A DNA stretch of 64,000 nt from Fimbriosthenelais zetlandica (GCA_977030845.1 OZ365115.1:31372001-31436000), one strand, 5' to 3'; positions 44,801 through 60,081 are shown, counted from the stretch's first letter. Made by a program: numbers and translations. Notes: generated by a model from the sequence alone, not told the origin.

Positions 44801-47800
44801 GGAATTACAATAGTGTATTTCATTGCAATTTCTCTGTGACATTTTGTGCCCCAGCAGTTGATAATATAATAGATCAATTCCAATAGGGCTTGCAACTATT
44901 CTGGACAGTTGTTGCGAGTGTGTAGGTCCACTCTTGGAAGGAACGTATCCCGTGCTACAAGGAGAAAATTGCGATTAAAGTGTCGCGAGACATAAATCGC
45001 TATAGTGGAGTGATATAGTGATTCATTGCAATGCAGTTTTGCATTTCATTATTTCGCATTGGTCAATGTTTTTTACACTGAACTGAGCAAGGTAGAATGA
45101 CCTTTAAGAGAGGGTCCAGCAATCTTATAATCCGCGTCCATATATCAAGCACCTTTTCCTCAACTCTCACTTCCTCCTCCAGCCAGGGTGGGGACGACAA
45201 AACAAGGAATACCCTATTCTCACAGACCTTCACTTCCGGTTCCGGTTAATAAGGTCAGAGGTGAGACTGGAGAGACTGTTTGAGGTGAGGGGTGAGGGGG
45301 AGGGACTGGTTTAGATCTCAGATCTCAATCTGTCTTGCCAACGACTGCTTCCTCCCATCTAAAAGCTTGATGTGATAAAAGTGGAAGTTGTTTCACTAAC
45401 AGATGAAGATACATGCATGTATCCTCACTTTGAACCTTGTCCATACCATTTAATACTGAATCAAGTGACGTGCGCTAGCTATGGAGAAGAAGTGGGTTTA
45501 CTGAGGAGAAGTAAGTTTTCTCATGACAATTAAGTGCGCTCATGAGGTTTGTCACAGGAACTAAGGTTGGTTCAGGAGAAGTGGGTTTGCTGACAGGAAG
45601 TAGTCCTGTTTGCTCCAGGCTTGGAGAAACAGTAAGTGAAACAGGAGATACAAGATGTAGGAGCCATCGCACATGTCTTCTTAAGCTCAACTGATCTCAT
45701 GTGATGTCAGTATAGTCTGCCATCATTGATTTGATGTCTTAAATTCCGCAACAACTCTGAACTCTCCTAATCTTCGCCGTTGACAACAGTTTCAACTGAA
45801 TTTTCTTTTCAGAGTTCTCACAGAGATGCCTCAGAATTACTGTCCATTATTTTGATCCTTAAGGTGGTATATAGTTAAAAATGGATTCAAAATGGAAAGT
45901 TAGTTGTCGAGGACAAAGTGGAATGTTGGTTGTCGAGGAGAAATGTTTGGGAAGAGAGTGAGAAAGAGTGGGAGAGAGCAGGGGGGGGGGGAGAGAGTAA
46001 GGAAAGATAATATGGAGTCTATCTCTGTGCGTCCATCTCAAACACAATCATGGTGAGTAAACGTGGCCCGGCATCATTCTACTGACACTCGGGGATTGCT
46101 ACACCCCGATTTCCTGGGGGATCATTATACAGTGCCACCTGTTGACACAGCTGTCTGTGGACAGAATGTTCCCCACCATCCATACCCCCAGATTCAACAT
46201 GGACCTTCTCCCACTGCCAAACACCTATATCCTCCATCATGTTCAAATAATGCTGCGATTTTGCTTGTTACAATACTTTGACAAAGGTTAGGGGTTTGAC
46301 TTTCAAATGTGAAATTTTCAAGGTTCAATTTTCAAATTCAGTTTTTTTTTCTATTCAGGTTCAGTTAGTGGTGTCCAACCTTAAGACGTCCACTAGTTTT
46401 TTCTGTGTATAACCTTAGGATGGTTTGGTTTTAGTGATGTCCAAACTTAAGCAAAAACACAGGATATCTTGTAACTTGTAATCCTCGTTAGATCCTGCCT
46501 GCACCCCATGTAAACTACCAGCCCGTCCATCCTGGCCTCAGTCAGGTCATCCAGTATCTATTTATCTCCCGTCTGCTCTGTGATAGATCCCCCGATTAAT
46601 ACTGGTGTCGGCAGAGTCTGCCGCTGCCTGCTTGATAAACGCCCACAACTAATGGCCTACCACCGAAAAGGATCCTGTCCTTGTCTTATTGTTTTGGTGC
46701 AAATAGTTATCAGTCGGATTCCTGCCCATCTCCGGCTGGAGAGAGATGGATACACAGATGGACCAGGAGAAAATGGACAGGAAAAATGAGAGGAAAGGTT
46801 GGTGGAAAAAAACCAAGGGAGAACAAGGAAAGTAATGGAAGGACAAGCGAGGAGCAGAGGGGCTATTTGTAGAGATAAGACAGACTGACTGTCAGATGTT
46901 GGTAGATAGCACTGCCTGCCACAACTCTGCTACCAATCCAAGCCCGATCAGTCATTAATGATTACTGATAATAATCAGTGTCCTAATTAAAATAAATTAA
47001 TTTATCGCAAATACGTTAACTGTGGATCGATACTCGACAGAAATTGACAATTACTGGACAGTGATAACTCGCTGAGATAAATGCCGTATATTGGTGAGGC
47101 ATGAAGAAATGAACACATTTTTCATGAAATTTATCGAAGACCGAATTTCAGATATAAATATGGCAGACTAAATTCCATCCTGATTCATTTCAAGAATCCA
47201 CCTTTAAATTCGGGATCCAGTGAATCATGAAATTAGAGGAGGCAACAGCCTTGCAAAATCATAACTGCATTATGAAAATTGGGTTATTTCTTAGGTAGGA
47301 ATCCGATTTCACTTAATCTAAAACGATGGTGCCATTCAATATCTGTCAGCATTGTCATCATTAGGTTAAAAACATGGGTCGACTAAACAGAATAAAACCC
47401 AGAAGACAATAGATTAATCAAGCGATAGGGATCCGGTAGTATTTGACCAAGAGCGATGTGGGCTTTAAAAACATCTAAGCAAAGACAGGCCTGAGAGGTA
47501 TAGGTATATTTAGTCTCCACAGAGAATGCTTACTTGGTTGAGGCTCAATTTCCTGTCATTCCAACATCATGAAACACCAAGTGACTATACAATAGGAGGT
47601 GTAAAACGCGGCAGCTACCACCCCCATCACAACTACACCCTGGTGGTTTGACTGCTGGGGTTAGAGTGTTGCACAAAACACGGTGAGACCGCCTCACAAA
47701 GAACTTGTAAATTTACCATTTCCTCCCAGGCTCCTCCAATAATCACTCCTATCTCATTTGTCAAGGAGCGTACCACGTGGGCCAGTTTGCTTCAATTAGA

Positions 47801-50800
47801 TTGGTTCAAAGCCATCACGTGACCTGCATGGAAATACTGCAGGTGGCGCTGGTGTGGCATTGTTAAGGAGTCGCATCAGGAAGTGGGAACAAAGTGGCCG
47901 TATCAAGGATCGATGAACACTCCAAAGTCAGTCCTGAAATGTTCACTTCAAATCGCGTTCTTCAACTGCGACTGTTCATGCATAACACAAGGGATGATGC
48001 CCTATCTGGGCGAGGGAACGGAGGGTGCATAGCAATGCTTCAAGTCCATGCCTATAGGAGCATGCACAGAGAACAGACACTGCATGCATGATCAAGTTGT
48101 TCTCAGTGTTTCTAGGTCAACCCACCATCTAGGTAGATGGAAAAGGGCAACCCAAATAGAAACCCATAGTTTACCTTCCAGACCTATACAAATTCATTCG
48201 AACCAGATAACAGTAAGTGGAAGACAAGAACCATGGAAGTGTTTTCTGTGCCAGACATCCACCAGATCCTGCCAGTGATTTCCATCACCAACTCCCCATA
48301 AAAGAAGCATCTGCGAGGTCCAAAAACAGCAGATGCATACAGCAGATGACCTCACATTGGGGGTTCTTTATAAGATCTATATTGAAAGAAGCATGTTGGC
48401 AAATCCGAGGCCAGGCCTCCCAACGACACTCCGGGGATGGTGCAAATGACCACTAGAATGTGTCGTGGTGTCCTTGTAAAAAGGTGTGACAGAGGGAAGT
48501 GGGTGTCAGCCGTGGCCAATGGCCTTGTTACCCCTGGGTTAATGGCAGGGTCAGGTGGACATGGTGGCGTTTAAGGTCTATTTTCATAGGACCTGCTTCA
48601 CAAATCAATCTAATTTAGCGGCGATATGCTGTAAATGCTACCTGAATGGCACTGCTGGCCAAAATGGCTTTTATATGGTTTCAAGGTCCGGTATTGTGGA
48701 CAAATTGTTTTAAGGCCAAACAATGTAGAGGAATGTTTATTTCTAATATAAGATGGATCAACCAAGACCTAACGGGAGTTTTCCCTGGCGATTCTTGCAA
48801 TTTCTCATTTCACAACCTTTTTTATGTAGCATGTGATGGGCAGTTGGCAGTTGCACCATTTGCAGAAAAATCTGCCGAAAAATCTGACGCAAGATCTGGC
48901 CGCAACTCAATTGGCAAGACTCTCAAACAGTGAAAACCCAAGTGGAACTGGCAATCTTGTTTAAATCACAATTCTGAAATAAGCCAATGCATATCAGAAC
49001 TGCTTCTAAGCAATGGTGAAAGGAAAACTAAGAAGTCAGTGGAAACTTTCCTTGCCTACTTATGAAAACTTGTCACAAGTGTGAGCATATGTGGGTGTCA
49101 GGAACAGTGAGTGGCTGTTAATTGCCTGCTCTGTGGTCTCCATGACAACTTGTGTGGAGAATTAAGGGCTTACTTTACCCTCCACCGCCACTTATGGCAA
49201 CTTCTTGTTTGACTTGTTGCGGCTGTTTAACATCGGCTCTCCAGTTGTAATTGCCTTAAGACTTGACCATACAGACCACTAATCATCAGGACTAGAGTTT
49301 TTGGGCTCCTTTTCTTTGGTACTGTATATTTTATGGTGTCTAGTATGGTGTCAGAACATTCCCTCAATCTCCCTCAAATTTGTTCTAGGATTGATCAATT
49401 TTAATACCTGAATATACCTAGCAATGGAGACCTATATTTCAAAAATGAGGGGACATTTGATCATCACATCATCAGTAGCAGAAATGTGCTGCAGATGCAA
49501 TGTGCGATAAAAGTTGGAACAAATTAACTTAGAACCAAAGAAATATTCTATCAGGCTACAAGACTTCTGTACAGCCATATGTTGATAACAGGATTATTCC
49601 GACCTGTTTCTCACTGCCTGGCATTGAAGCCTCAGCTGCAGCATACTATATTCCAAAGTGCTTGGACCTCTTAGCTTTAAGAGGCGAGTTAATACAGTGT
49701 GATGCTGCCCTGTGCCTGCTAGCAACCACCAATGCATAGACTAATAACAGGTGAAGCACAAAACAGTATAAGCAATGCAGACATGCACATATAACAGGCT
49801 CCTTAAGCAGAAAGCAGCTGATAGAAGCAGGCCTGGTCCTATCTGCCTCCACTATAGACCGGGCTGAGGAGCGTCAGGCATGTGTCCCGATCTGTTCATC
49901 GAGTGTAAATGATGTGAGCGAACGGATAATACAATAGAACTCCCTCCGGGGAATTAGCAAGCAGACCATTCTACCCAAACAGACTGGTCTGTGAGATAAA
50001 GACTGTGATAGGCAGTGAAAGCTGAGGGCTTCGGTTACTCATAGCCAATAGGTACATCGCTCCTTATAGATGAGCAGAATGCCTTGTTTTTCCTCATCCA
50101 CCTTCAGACGGCAGATGTGAAGTGGCAAGTTAAATACCTCCCGCCTCTCCTCAATTTACATCGACACACAATTGGCTTTTAATATTATTCATGAGTAATA
50201 GTCTATCGCGGCCAGGCTGAAGGTTCGGCCCCCATAAGATATGAATCCCTAATTACAGCTATGATATGGACTTTCTCAATTTAGCCGAGGGCTGCGCTTT
50301 TTTAAACCGCAAAATGTTAGCGTATTGATAGGGAATGCATAATGGGTACACACACCTCATCAAATGGAAATTACAATATTCAATAAAGCCTGAGGGGAGG
50401 GCTGCAAGAACAAGCTTATCCATTTATCATGAGGGGAAGAAAATGTTTGTGGTTTCATAAAAGCATAATGTTGTTTCCTTAAGAAACCGAAGGAATGATA
50501 GGCTATACTTGGAGCTCATTACTGCTTCAAAAGAAACAGGTTATACAAGCTTACTCTCTTTATGATGCTAATAATACAAGTTCATGTACAAAAGGCACAT
50601 ACTCGGCACAAACATACTTCAGAGGGTAACAAGTGAATACCTTCACTATTGATCTATGACCGACCTGAGGCAATTCATTTAATCAATAAAATAGCCATGA
50701 GCACTATCCTTAGATGACGCAGGAAAATTTGCCATTTTCGACTTGCAAGTTCTTATTCAAAAGCAAATTTTATTGGAATTATAAAAACCACATTAGTATG

Positions 50801-53029
50801 CTTAAAGCGAATGAAAATGTGGCAACATATCAATGATCAATGAATTGCAATGAATAAATGATGTAGATTGTCGGAAACTACAAGCACCAATTTCTCATCC
50901 ATTTGCATCATCAATGATGCAATCAATAGTAATCAATCACATATGTGGAGGTGTAGCATTAATTGATGCCCGGCATTGATATCTCATGAACACTTTTTAC
51001 CATCAAATGAAATGAAGCAGAGCAAATCACACAACACATGGAAGAACTGCCAGTGGTCTGGCATCTGGGAAAATTAATCAAGCCAGTCGAGGCCTGAACA
51101 GGCTTTTGGAATTTGTATTAACTCTTGCGAATTTCCCACATTAGACTTTATTTGTGTAAAAAAAGATTCATCAGGCTTTGCTTATGAAATCTACAAATGT
51201 TTAGATAGCTGTTGAGTTTGAAAGTTTTGATTGGCAAAGTTTAAATTCTTTAAAATTGAGCCATAACTTCAAGTCGACTCCATGCAAGTTCATCTGTTTG
51301 AGTTGACTTTTTTCGCAAAAATCCAATTCAACTAATTCAATCTAAGCTAGCTTTGGAAATAGGTCAGTGTTTGATCTTTTAATCTAGCCTGCCATTATTC
51401 CCACAGCCTTTGATTAGGAGACCAACAAGTGTCCTCTTCCGACAAACAGGGCTGGATTCTTCACAGGTCATCAAGTCCAATCCAGTACAAAGCGACTCAA
51501 ACCAGTCTAAACCGGATGGAAGCAGTCAGCCATTCTATTCATCTTGTTAGACAAACGAGGCCAAATTTTTCAGAAGCTTTATCACAGCCATCCATGAAGC
51601 TGGACTAATATTTTTTCAAGAATCGAGCGGATATTTCAAGTGCATGATGCTGACATGAATTATATATACCGTGTAATCAATGAAAAGTGACGTATAGTAT
51701 CCAGATAGAAAACCTCGATACTTTGCCTCAATACCATATAGAGCAAATGACAATGCTGACATCATTCCACAAATGAAAGATGACATTGATCTAGTTGCTA
51801 CACTAACTATCAAGTTCCCATTCTATAGAAACATAGCAAAGACCAGAAGAAGAATGGAAGAAGTACCAGAATAGGAAGGCATCTTGAACACATATTACAC
51901 AATAAAACATGGCACAATAGTCTGTCCTTTTCTAGGACCCAAATTATCTACTGGGGAAACCAAAGTAGCTTAAACAGAGAAGCCTGTCAGGGAGACTTTG
52001 TATCCTAACTCGGGGTGGTCTTTAGTTAAAATCAACGATAATACATCTTCCTCTATTTGGACAAGAACATTTCCTCTACTGCTCATTTCCGTAACCGATG
52101 GAAAGAAATTGCTCCGGAAAGCAGTAATCGTGCAGTTCCCATCCCAACCTAATAGCTCAGACTCTAGGAAAGTAATGTCTTCGCTTGTTTGGGTATTTGT
52201 GGACCAGTGTTTGGATCCATCAAAGATAAAGACTGGGCGAGTCAAAGACTAATGGAACATGCGGCCAAATCAAACATGGCAACAACAAGCGAGTCCACCT
52301 TGATGACACTAGAGGCACACTTCCAGGTCTCAATACATAGATTCCAAAGCCAGTTTGTCATGAGCGAGGTACCAGAGCAGGTCCTCTCATTTCCTGCGGC
52401 GACACTCTGCCCAGGTCTAGACCAAACACGCCGCCAACACAGGACCACTCTCCAGCATGTCCCACCTCGTTATACGGCGAGCATGGCATCTTCTGTGTCG
52501 TCTCCGTCACAATTTAGTCCCGCCTGGGTAAATCTGGCGACATAGAGAGCACTTCTACAACCATGATTTATGGTGTTTACTGAAAAGTACAATTCTGACA
52601 ATGATTCGTGATGGCGTCATAGCCATGCTGCAGGACTTTTAATACATGCAGCAAAACTTTTCTCTGGCACAGGAGAACATATACTGTGCTAGATTGATTA
52701 CATTCAGCAATGTTAACTCCACAAATACCAGACAAAGAGTCTATAATTGAAATCTTAATCAAACCACATCAAGCTTTTTCAATCCAACGTAGACATTTTT
52801 ATTCATGTAGCACATGATCGACTTTCGTCCATACCATCAGAGGTAAATGACGTTATAACCTGTATAGCAATAGACTTCAGTAAGATGACCAGCTCTCCCA
52901 ACTAAGATAAAAACAGAGAATTTCCAAATAAAGCCAAACGTATGTGGGTATTGGAGCCTGGGGAGGATTTGGTGACTAGATCAGCAGGGTCACGTGTAGG
53001 CTAGAGAGACCCCTGGGGCTGACACTTAC

Positions 53030-53220
53030 CGACAACTTCCATTCATCTCTAAGAAGACCGCAATCCCGGCATTCCACCCTCTCTGCTCGCCACTGACCGC
53101 ACCGGATGTGCATCTGTCAGAGCCTGCTGGTCTCCTGCCCACTTCCGGTCACTAACAAGGTCACAATCATGCGGCCCCCTTCCCTGACCAATGACAGACT
53201 GGGGTGGATGGCACGTGACT
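53030..53220 (-). promoter_or_regulatory. Promoter-like cluster and candidate first exon on the minus strand
   Basis: Donor gttgtcg|gtaagtg (GT 53029-53028); ETS acttccgg 53141-53148, CCAAT 53188-53192, E-boxes CACGTG 53212-53217 and 52991-52996. Confidence 0.35.
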
Positions 53221-56200
53221 GGGATGACTTAAGGAAGGCGAGCCCGGACTATTAGGGATAATCACGATAATAAGGATGTTTTCAGTACTGGTTGGGATTC
53301 ACAAACGAGTAAATGGGGAGGTGGTGTCCCTGACCGGGAAACATGATTATCACCCGGTTCACCGACAGTTATTTGTTTACAATGGTCTCTATGAGAGGTT
53401 ACTGGACGTACACTGGAATTAGCAGGAGCACGTGGGTCTATCAGGGAGGGTTTATGTGAAAACGGTCATTAAAGTAAATAGGATATGTGGTGTATTATCT
53501 CATAGATTTAATCAGGGTAAAGATAAAAACGTTGGTGCTATAATTGTGGTCAAAAGGTCAGATCATTTGGACCCATTAGGTTCATACAAATTAGGCTCAT
53601 AAAGGTTATGTCTAAAGTGTGTGATCGACATTCACAATTCCTTCTGGGCTTGTCTGTAAAAGCATCATGGCACGGAAAACTTCTGCATGGTGGCGAACCG
53701 AGTGCATAAGCAGATTTAGTCAATTATGGGGTCAATCAATTTCACGATCAGGAAATAGCAATTTTTGGAAGAACCTCGTCTTTTCATGCAGGATATTGTA
53801 GGCCTACTACATATCTTTATTACAACAGGTGTACAACTGCCATTGAACAGCACTGAGTCTGGAAAGCCAGTTCTTTTTTGTTACACGTTGATTTTGAAAA
53901 AAAAACAACGATACAAACCAAAACGTTGCATTGATATTTTTATCTCCAATCCATCATGCTTCCATGAGCAAGATTTACAATTGACTCAATGGCAATTTCA
54001 GCAAAGCTCTGCGAGCAAATGCACTGAGCAACAAGGCATTCTCATGGACAAATAAAATCAGCAGTCAGGTGGAAAGGGAAATCATTTTTACAGCGACATA
54101 AATCCGAAAGGCCAAGCAATTCCCACCAACTGTTTTGTCACAATTTCATTTCAGATGGTACCACAAAGCATTAAGTGCTTTTGTTCGGCACACAATTTAT
54201 TGAACCGATTCACAGGGAGAACTGCCTGTTCACAGTGCCATAACTGCCACAAGATGAAATATCTATAATGTATAGCTACAGTTAATAGGCAAAATGCCGT
54301 ACTGCTTCCAGGTAGTACTATGGCATTACATACTACACCAGCTATATAGACTAATACAGCAGCTTTATAGATTCGCTAGTGTATCAGTATCTCTGCAGCA
54401 TAGAGCAGAGCCTTTGACAGAACACTTTCCTGGGTAGTTTTTCCCCTCATTGTCACTTGACATTGTCCTGATTGGGATGAGTCATAGTAGGCTATGGGTG
54501 GGTATAATGGGTGTGTCAGAGGTGACACATTTCTGTGTGTAAGTGTATGTCACCCCCTGCCTGTATTGTAGCAGACCATGGTCAAGGGCTGGTCAGGCTC
54601 CATATACCTATAATTAGGTTACCTTTAATAGCCTGGTCCTCGGTTCTTGCTTTGGAAGTTTCAGGTTCCATAGTGAGTTTATAGCACTTGGAAGGGTAAC
54701 AGTATAGACCGGGAACTCATCTAACTTTGGCAAATAAAAACTAAATAGTGGGTGTAACTAATTATCCATGATCTTAAAAGGCTCAGGCTAAATGGAGTGT
54801 CAGGTTTACTTGGCCCACTGAGAATCTACTTCACAATGTACGACTAAAACTAAGGGAACAGAACCTCTGTTTTTTGTTCAATTATTCTTTCCCGAGGGAA
54901 GCTGAGATCAAACAACCTGCTTTCAGATCATGTTGGAATGGGATGACAGCACTGTAGCTAGTTTCATATAGCCTGTCACCACCAGTTGACAGTTATCTAG
55001 CGCCTGATACTTCTTATGCACTCTCGTCAAATGCCACCTTTTTCAAATGCTTTGATTCGACGACAATGACAGGCAATAGCGCTAGAACGATTTTCATTAA
55101 TAACGAAATATCTCGGTAAAAAGCTACTAAGGAAACCATTCATTTCACTTAGCTATTGCTTGCAAGTTCCAAAATGAGGTCTTCCAAAATGAGTGAAGAT
55201 GGCTTAAAGTGACTCTACTCTTAAAGGATTGCATTGCAATTATGCATACACATCACTGCAATAAATTATAAGACGAAGTTTCCTCCAGTTTATACATTAA
55301 CTTGAAAGTATACGAAGACTCTCACTTGATATTTCCAGAGCAATGTCACATTCAGAGCAATGAGTTTCAAGTGTTCAATGACATGTTGCAATTAGGAAAT
55401 GAACAGGCGAAATAATCAATATGTACTCTATACTTTAAAAGGACTGTATCTCAGCGGAATGAAATGGAAAGGAAGAAAGCTTTCACCAGGCAGTTCAATG
55501 CAATGGAAGTTTCATTAGTGATATGAACGTAGGTATACAGGCTAGAACTGCCATTAAGATATAGGACAAGAGAATTACTCTATGGAGCCAGCCTTTCATA
55601 TCGCTGGCTTATTTAAAATGCCAGTTCAGGCTGAAGGCGCCATAGTGTCTGTCAAGTTTGAATCTGAATCTCAGTAAATCTCTTCTGACAGGGATGGTCA
55701 GGGCTGTTCCTCTCTCACGCCAAGTCTGCTAAAGATTCGAGATCGGTGATTTATCACTGCTCTATGCATTTCCATTCTTCGGCAGACTGTTAATTCAGAT
55801 CAGAACTGAAATTCTGGGTCTGAATTGACAATATCCCGACCAGGATTCCCTGAGAATTATTACTCTCTGACCATCTATTTGGACATCGATTTTTATATTG
55901 GGACACCACCAAATGAGTCCACGTGGTTTCTGTAGAATATGGTCGTATTAAGATATTACAAGTACTGTTAGTTTTACCATATGGGTAATGGCTCTTTCCA
56001 CTATAGGCATGTGGTCACTTTAGGATCCTAGCATCACGAAACTATTAGAACAAGTATTTAATATTTCCCAATATGTCCCTGCACATTCTAGTACCTACTG
56101 AATCCCTAAGTGCCGGTAAACACTGCATAACCCATTCTGACAACTATGCTGAAATTGCCTTCAATTCATCAGCAATGCAAGCTGAGGCTATTGTCAATGC

Positions 56201-57666
56201 ATACCAGTGAGGCCCATAACACCATCAATGACGCCCTCATACTAGTCAAAAGCCAAAGGTGAGGTATATAACACGCCTATGGCATGCCCATCATGGCCCT
56301 ACTGCTCTCATCTAAATTAAAGCCAGGGATAGGCATGTATATAGCCAAACTTTAATCATGGACTTGTATTATCTAACATTATATACCTGGTTCATCTATG
56401 CTTCAACCAATGTATATGAATAGCATTTAACATTGTAGTGTGGGTATTCCCCCCCGGGGATCGATGTGAGTACTGGAATGGTTGAATATATAGGGGCACG
56501 TATCAGTATTTCTATAGGAGTCTGGTTATATGTGTAATGGCTTAGTGTCTGGGTATGACATTACGCTTTTTACATCAAAGCAGGCAGGTCTTCAGTATAC
56601 TATTCCCACTTATACATGTATTTATCCCGAAGCTATCCATATTTCTGTAATGGAAAGCTGCATGTCGTATAAAGGCTCCCTACAGGCTATTTGCACCTTT
56701 GACATATTTGCGGATTCTATCCTCAAAGTAAACCGACCATTTCCATGTATAAACACACAAAACTTTTCAGGCCTGAAGTGAGTTCACTTTGGGATTTAAA
56801 GGCATAACATTGTCGTATTAGAAGGCATGATTAGTCACACCCATATTGGTCCAAAACCTCCATAAGACCGGCAATGGGGCAGCCTATGAAATGCAGTATC
56901 AGTACTATGATAAGGGAATTATTCAGGGTTATATGGCAAACTGAATCATACCCGATCATAGCAACTGTCAGGCTGGAGGGGATTTATGGCCTTCACATCT
57001 ACTACATTGGCCAGCACCAAGGACGGGCAATAGGGCTACAGGGCAACGGGCAATTCACCTCGTATTTCATGGAATTTCGTCGTCAAACAAGGCTAGATTT
57101 CACAAGAAGCTGTTCATGTAATACCTAATTCTTTTCCATACAGACGAGCTAGTTGATTATAGGTAAGATTCGGTTTAAATTCTTCATTGAAAATTCAGCT
57201 CTGTATTAACCAATATAGTTGAAAAGGCTGAAGAGGAAGCATTTGCTTTTCATGTTGGAAATGCACCTAGGAGACAAGAGCAGACCACAAGGCCCGATCC
57301 TCTTTCAATTGCCACAGTTGGCAGCTTATGGACTGCAGGAGCAAAACTCATTAGCAAAGCTGCAAACCTTGGGGGCAATTGCCACTCTTTCCAATGTCAG
57401 ATGAACATGAAGGTCCAATTCGCAGACCGCGACCTGCCCCTGCACGTTGAAGTATTAGAGGACATTGCCGGGAATCAATAAACTGGACACAAAACAAAGG
57501 CGAGTTAGTATGAGCGGGGACGGGAGGCAGTAGATCATTCCCTCACTGTGACCCTCTCCACACCAACCTTCTATACTCCTCCATACACCCTTATCTCGTC
57601 TCTTCATCCCATGGGCTGGATTCACAGGCAAGGCTCAGTACACCAATGGGCTGGGATTGGGGGCGA

Positions 57667-57800
57667 AGAGAGAGAGAGAGGGGGGGGGGGAGGGAGAGAA
57701 AGAGAGAGAGAGAGAGAGATGGGGGGGGGGGGAGGGAGAGAAAGAGCGCATGAGAGGCAGAGAGAGAGAGAGAGAGAGAGATGGGGGGGGGGGGGGGGAG
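57667..57800. repeat. Compound (GA)n / poly-G purine tract with ~60-bp higher-order periodicity
   Basis: (ga)n + G10-16 + agggagagaaagag repeated; no pyrimidine runs on the + strand. Confidence 0.9.
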
Positions 57801-59080
57801 CAAGCACTAGGGACTAGATGATACCACAGCATAAAGTAGTCCCTGGCCACCCTGATAAGGACCTCCCTATTCTCTGATTTTTTCTCCGCTTCTTTGGATT
57901 GGGAAGAAGATCAATGCTTTCCCCGTGAATGTGACTCTGTATTGGGGATCATATCTCATGGGAGAATGGAGTCCGGTATAGAGCTGGCTCTTTATTGCTT
58001 TCATTCTGAAGTATATACATCAAATGGTTTTGAGGAAAATGAACTTCGTGCGGGGCCATCAATGACAAAGGAGGGGTCTTCACCTGTCACAGTAGATTTT
58101 CTGTGATTTCTTCACCTTTAGGAAACCCTTTCAGAAACTTCTCAGTTCATCTTCATATTCTTTTTTTTAAGTTCATTTATAGGCTTTGAACAAACCTTTT
58201 CATCACTCATATATATATAATTATGAGGTTATCCGGCTGAACCTATAAGGCAATAGATTATATATCATCGTAGATATACCCATAAACCTACATACACAGA
58301 TGTAAATGTATCTTTCCTGACTCTGCCTCATTTGCTCATCTCCTGTCATCAGAGAGAAAATGACATTTATGTATTTAAGCTCTTCTCGGCTTTGCTACCC
58401 ATGCAATTTGCCCGGCCTCCACTCAACCACAAGCAAAGTAGTCGCAAATTGAATTTGTAGTCTCGGCCAGATCGTTGTAAGATTCTGCCAGAATTTAGTG
58501 ACTAATTAACCACCGCCAGAAGGAGGAAGCAGTGAGCGATAAAGGGGGAAGTTAGGGGATAAATCATTGGGGCAGATAAACCGCTACCATTACTCATACA
58601 CTCGGGTGGTCGGGAGCACGCTGGCCCAGCCCTCGTGTCACTTATCAAAGATTTTGAATGATGGGAGGCGACTAACGTGGGCAGGACATAAATGATAAGG
58701 TTGCCGGTCCGATGTGAAATGACTAAACCAGCAAAAAAGGCAAATGGGAGAGAAGTCATATTTTAGGCTCAAAATGGTGGAAAATGTCACCAAATCAGCT
58801 GGAATACAGCACAGGAAATTGTGTTAGATTGAATTTGATGGGACTTTCTCATGAACCTCATTTCCCGTTTTCGGAATAGTACATAGAGCTTCATTCACAG
58901 TAAAAGTACAGATTTATTGATATCTGCACTTATCCTGATCTCCTGCCTAATCTAGAGATTGTCTTGGCTTGTTTCCTGCACCTACAACCTGAGCTCAACT
59001 CACACGCCTAGGTTGGATTCATGCCAGCAATACAGCAGATACATTCTAACAGAGCAGAGTTAGCCTTGAATCCGATATCA

Positions 59081-59136
59081 CATCCATCCATGATTCATTC
59101 ATCTATCCATCCAACCATCCATCTATCCATCCATCA
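59081..59136. repeat. Degenerate (CATC)n microsatellite
   Basis: catccatccatgattcattcatctatccatccaaccatccatctatccatccatc. Confidence 0.85.
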
Positions 59137-60081
59137 TAAACAATTCATTCTACACTTTACCATTATATTTCTCCATATATTTGGCTTCAATAAAATTCAA
59201 ATTTATATACGATTGCTTTGCGGGATTGTCTGACTTCTCAGGCCAATAACAGCGTTGTCATTTGCTTAAAAACAAGCAAGTGTCAGTTGACGATATCATA
59301 TGAACTTCAATATGAAATATCAAAGCAATATCAAACATTACACACTAAGTGAACCTGGCAGGCAATAATGATAATGGTGTCAATCACTTTGAGATATTGA
59401 TTTGACACCTTTTTCATTAGGAGCGAGCCTGCTCCTCCTATTGTTCTATTATCGTTAAAACAAAGAGGACAGCAATCAACTCCTACTCACCAAGTTATTA
59501 TCAATATTTCCCTGATGAATAACACCATTTAAAATTGGAAATATTATCCTGTTTGTTGATGTTCTCAAATAAATTTGTCAATTTACATTAAGACTGCAAT
59601 GGCACTGGCTAAGAGTTAGCATGTTTGCCCATCATTAACCTAGTTCAGTGTTGAGGAAGTACCACTGAAGGTGCTATATATAATGCCAGTCCACCCTTAA
59701 TGGTTCTTGTATACAAACATCCTTTGATCTTTATTGGATCTGGTCAGAGTCAGGCCTACATGAGAGAGTGGGCGTTGATCAGCCAGCTTTAAGAAGGTTA
59801 ACTATTAACCCTCAGTCAAGGTGGGGAATATCATTACTGAGGACAGTGAGTAACTATAGAGTAACTCAGCTGAGCTGCTCCTCCACGTGTCTGACCTTTA
59901 GTCCTCTCAGGCTAATGAATCAGGAAGAATGGGTACAACCTGGATTTGCTGGTGCGAGGTTACATGTTTCTCTATTATGACAAACAGGAATTCATTAAGG
60001 TCACCATAGCAAACTATAACCCAGACACATGTTCTATTCTGTGTACTATGTGTAAGCATCCTTGGTTGGTGCACAGCCTCA

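Noticed and set aside
46050-46058. ATG|GTGAGT first exon of a + strand gene
   Set aside because: Good Kozak and donor, but no supporting downstream coding exon was found; plausible by chance.
51616-52762. Degenerate gene or retroelement suggested by several adjacent ORFs
   Set aside because: Stops and frame changes throughout and no motif I can recognise; would need BLASTX/HMMER to rescue.
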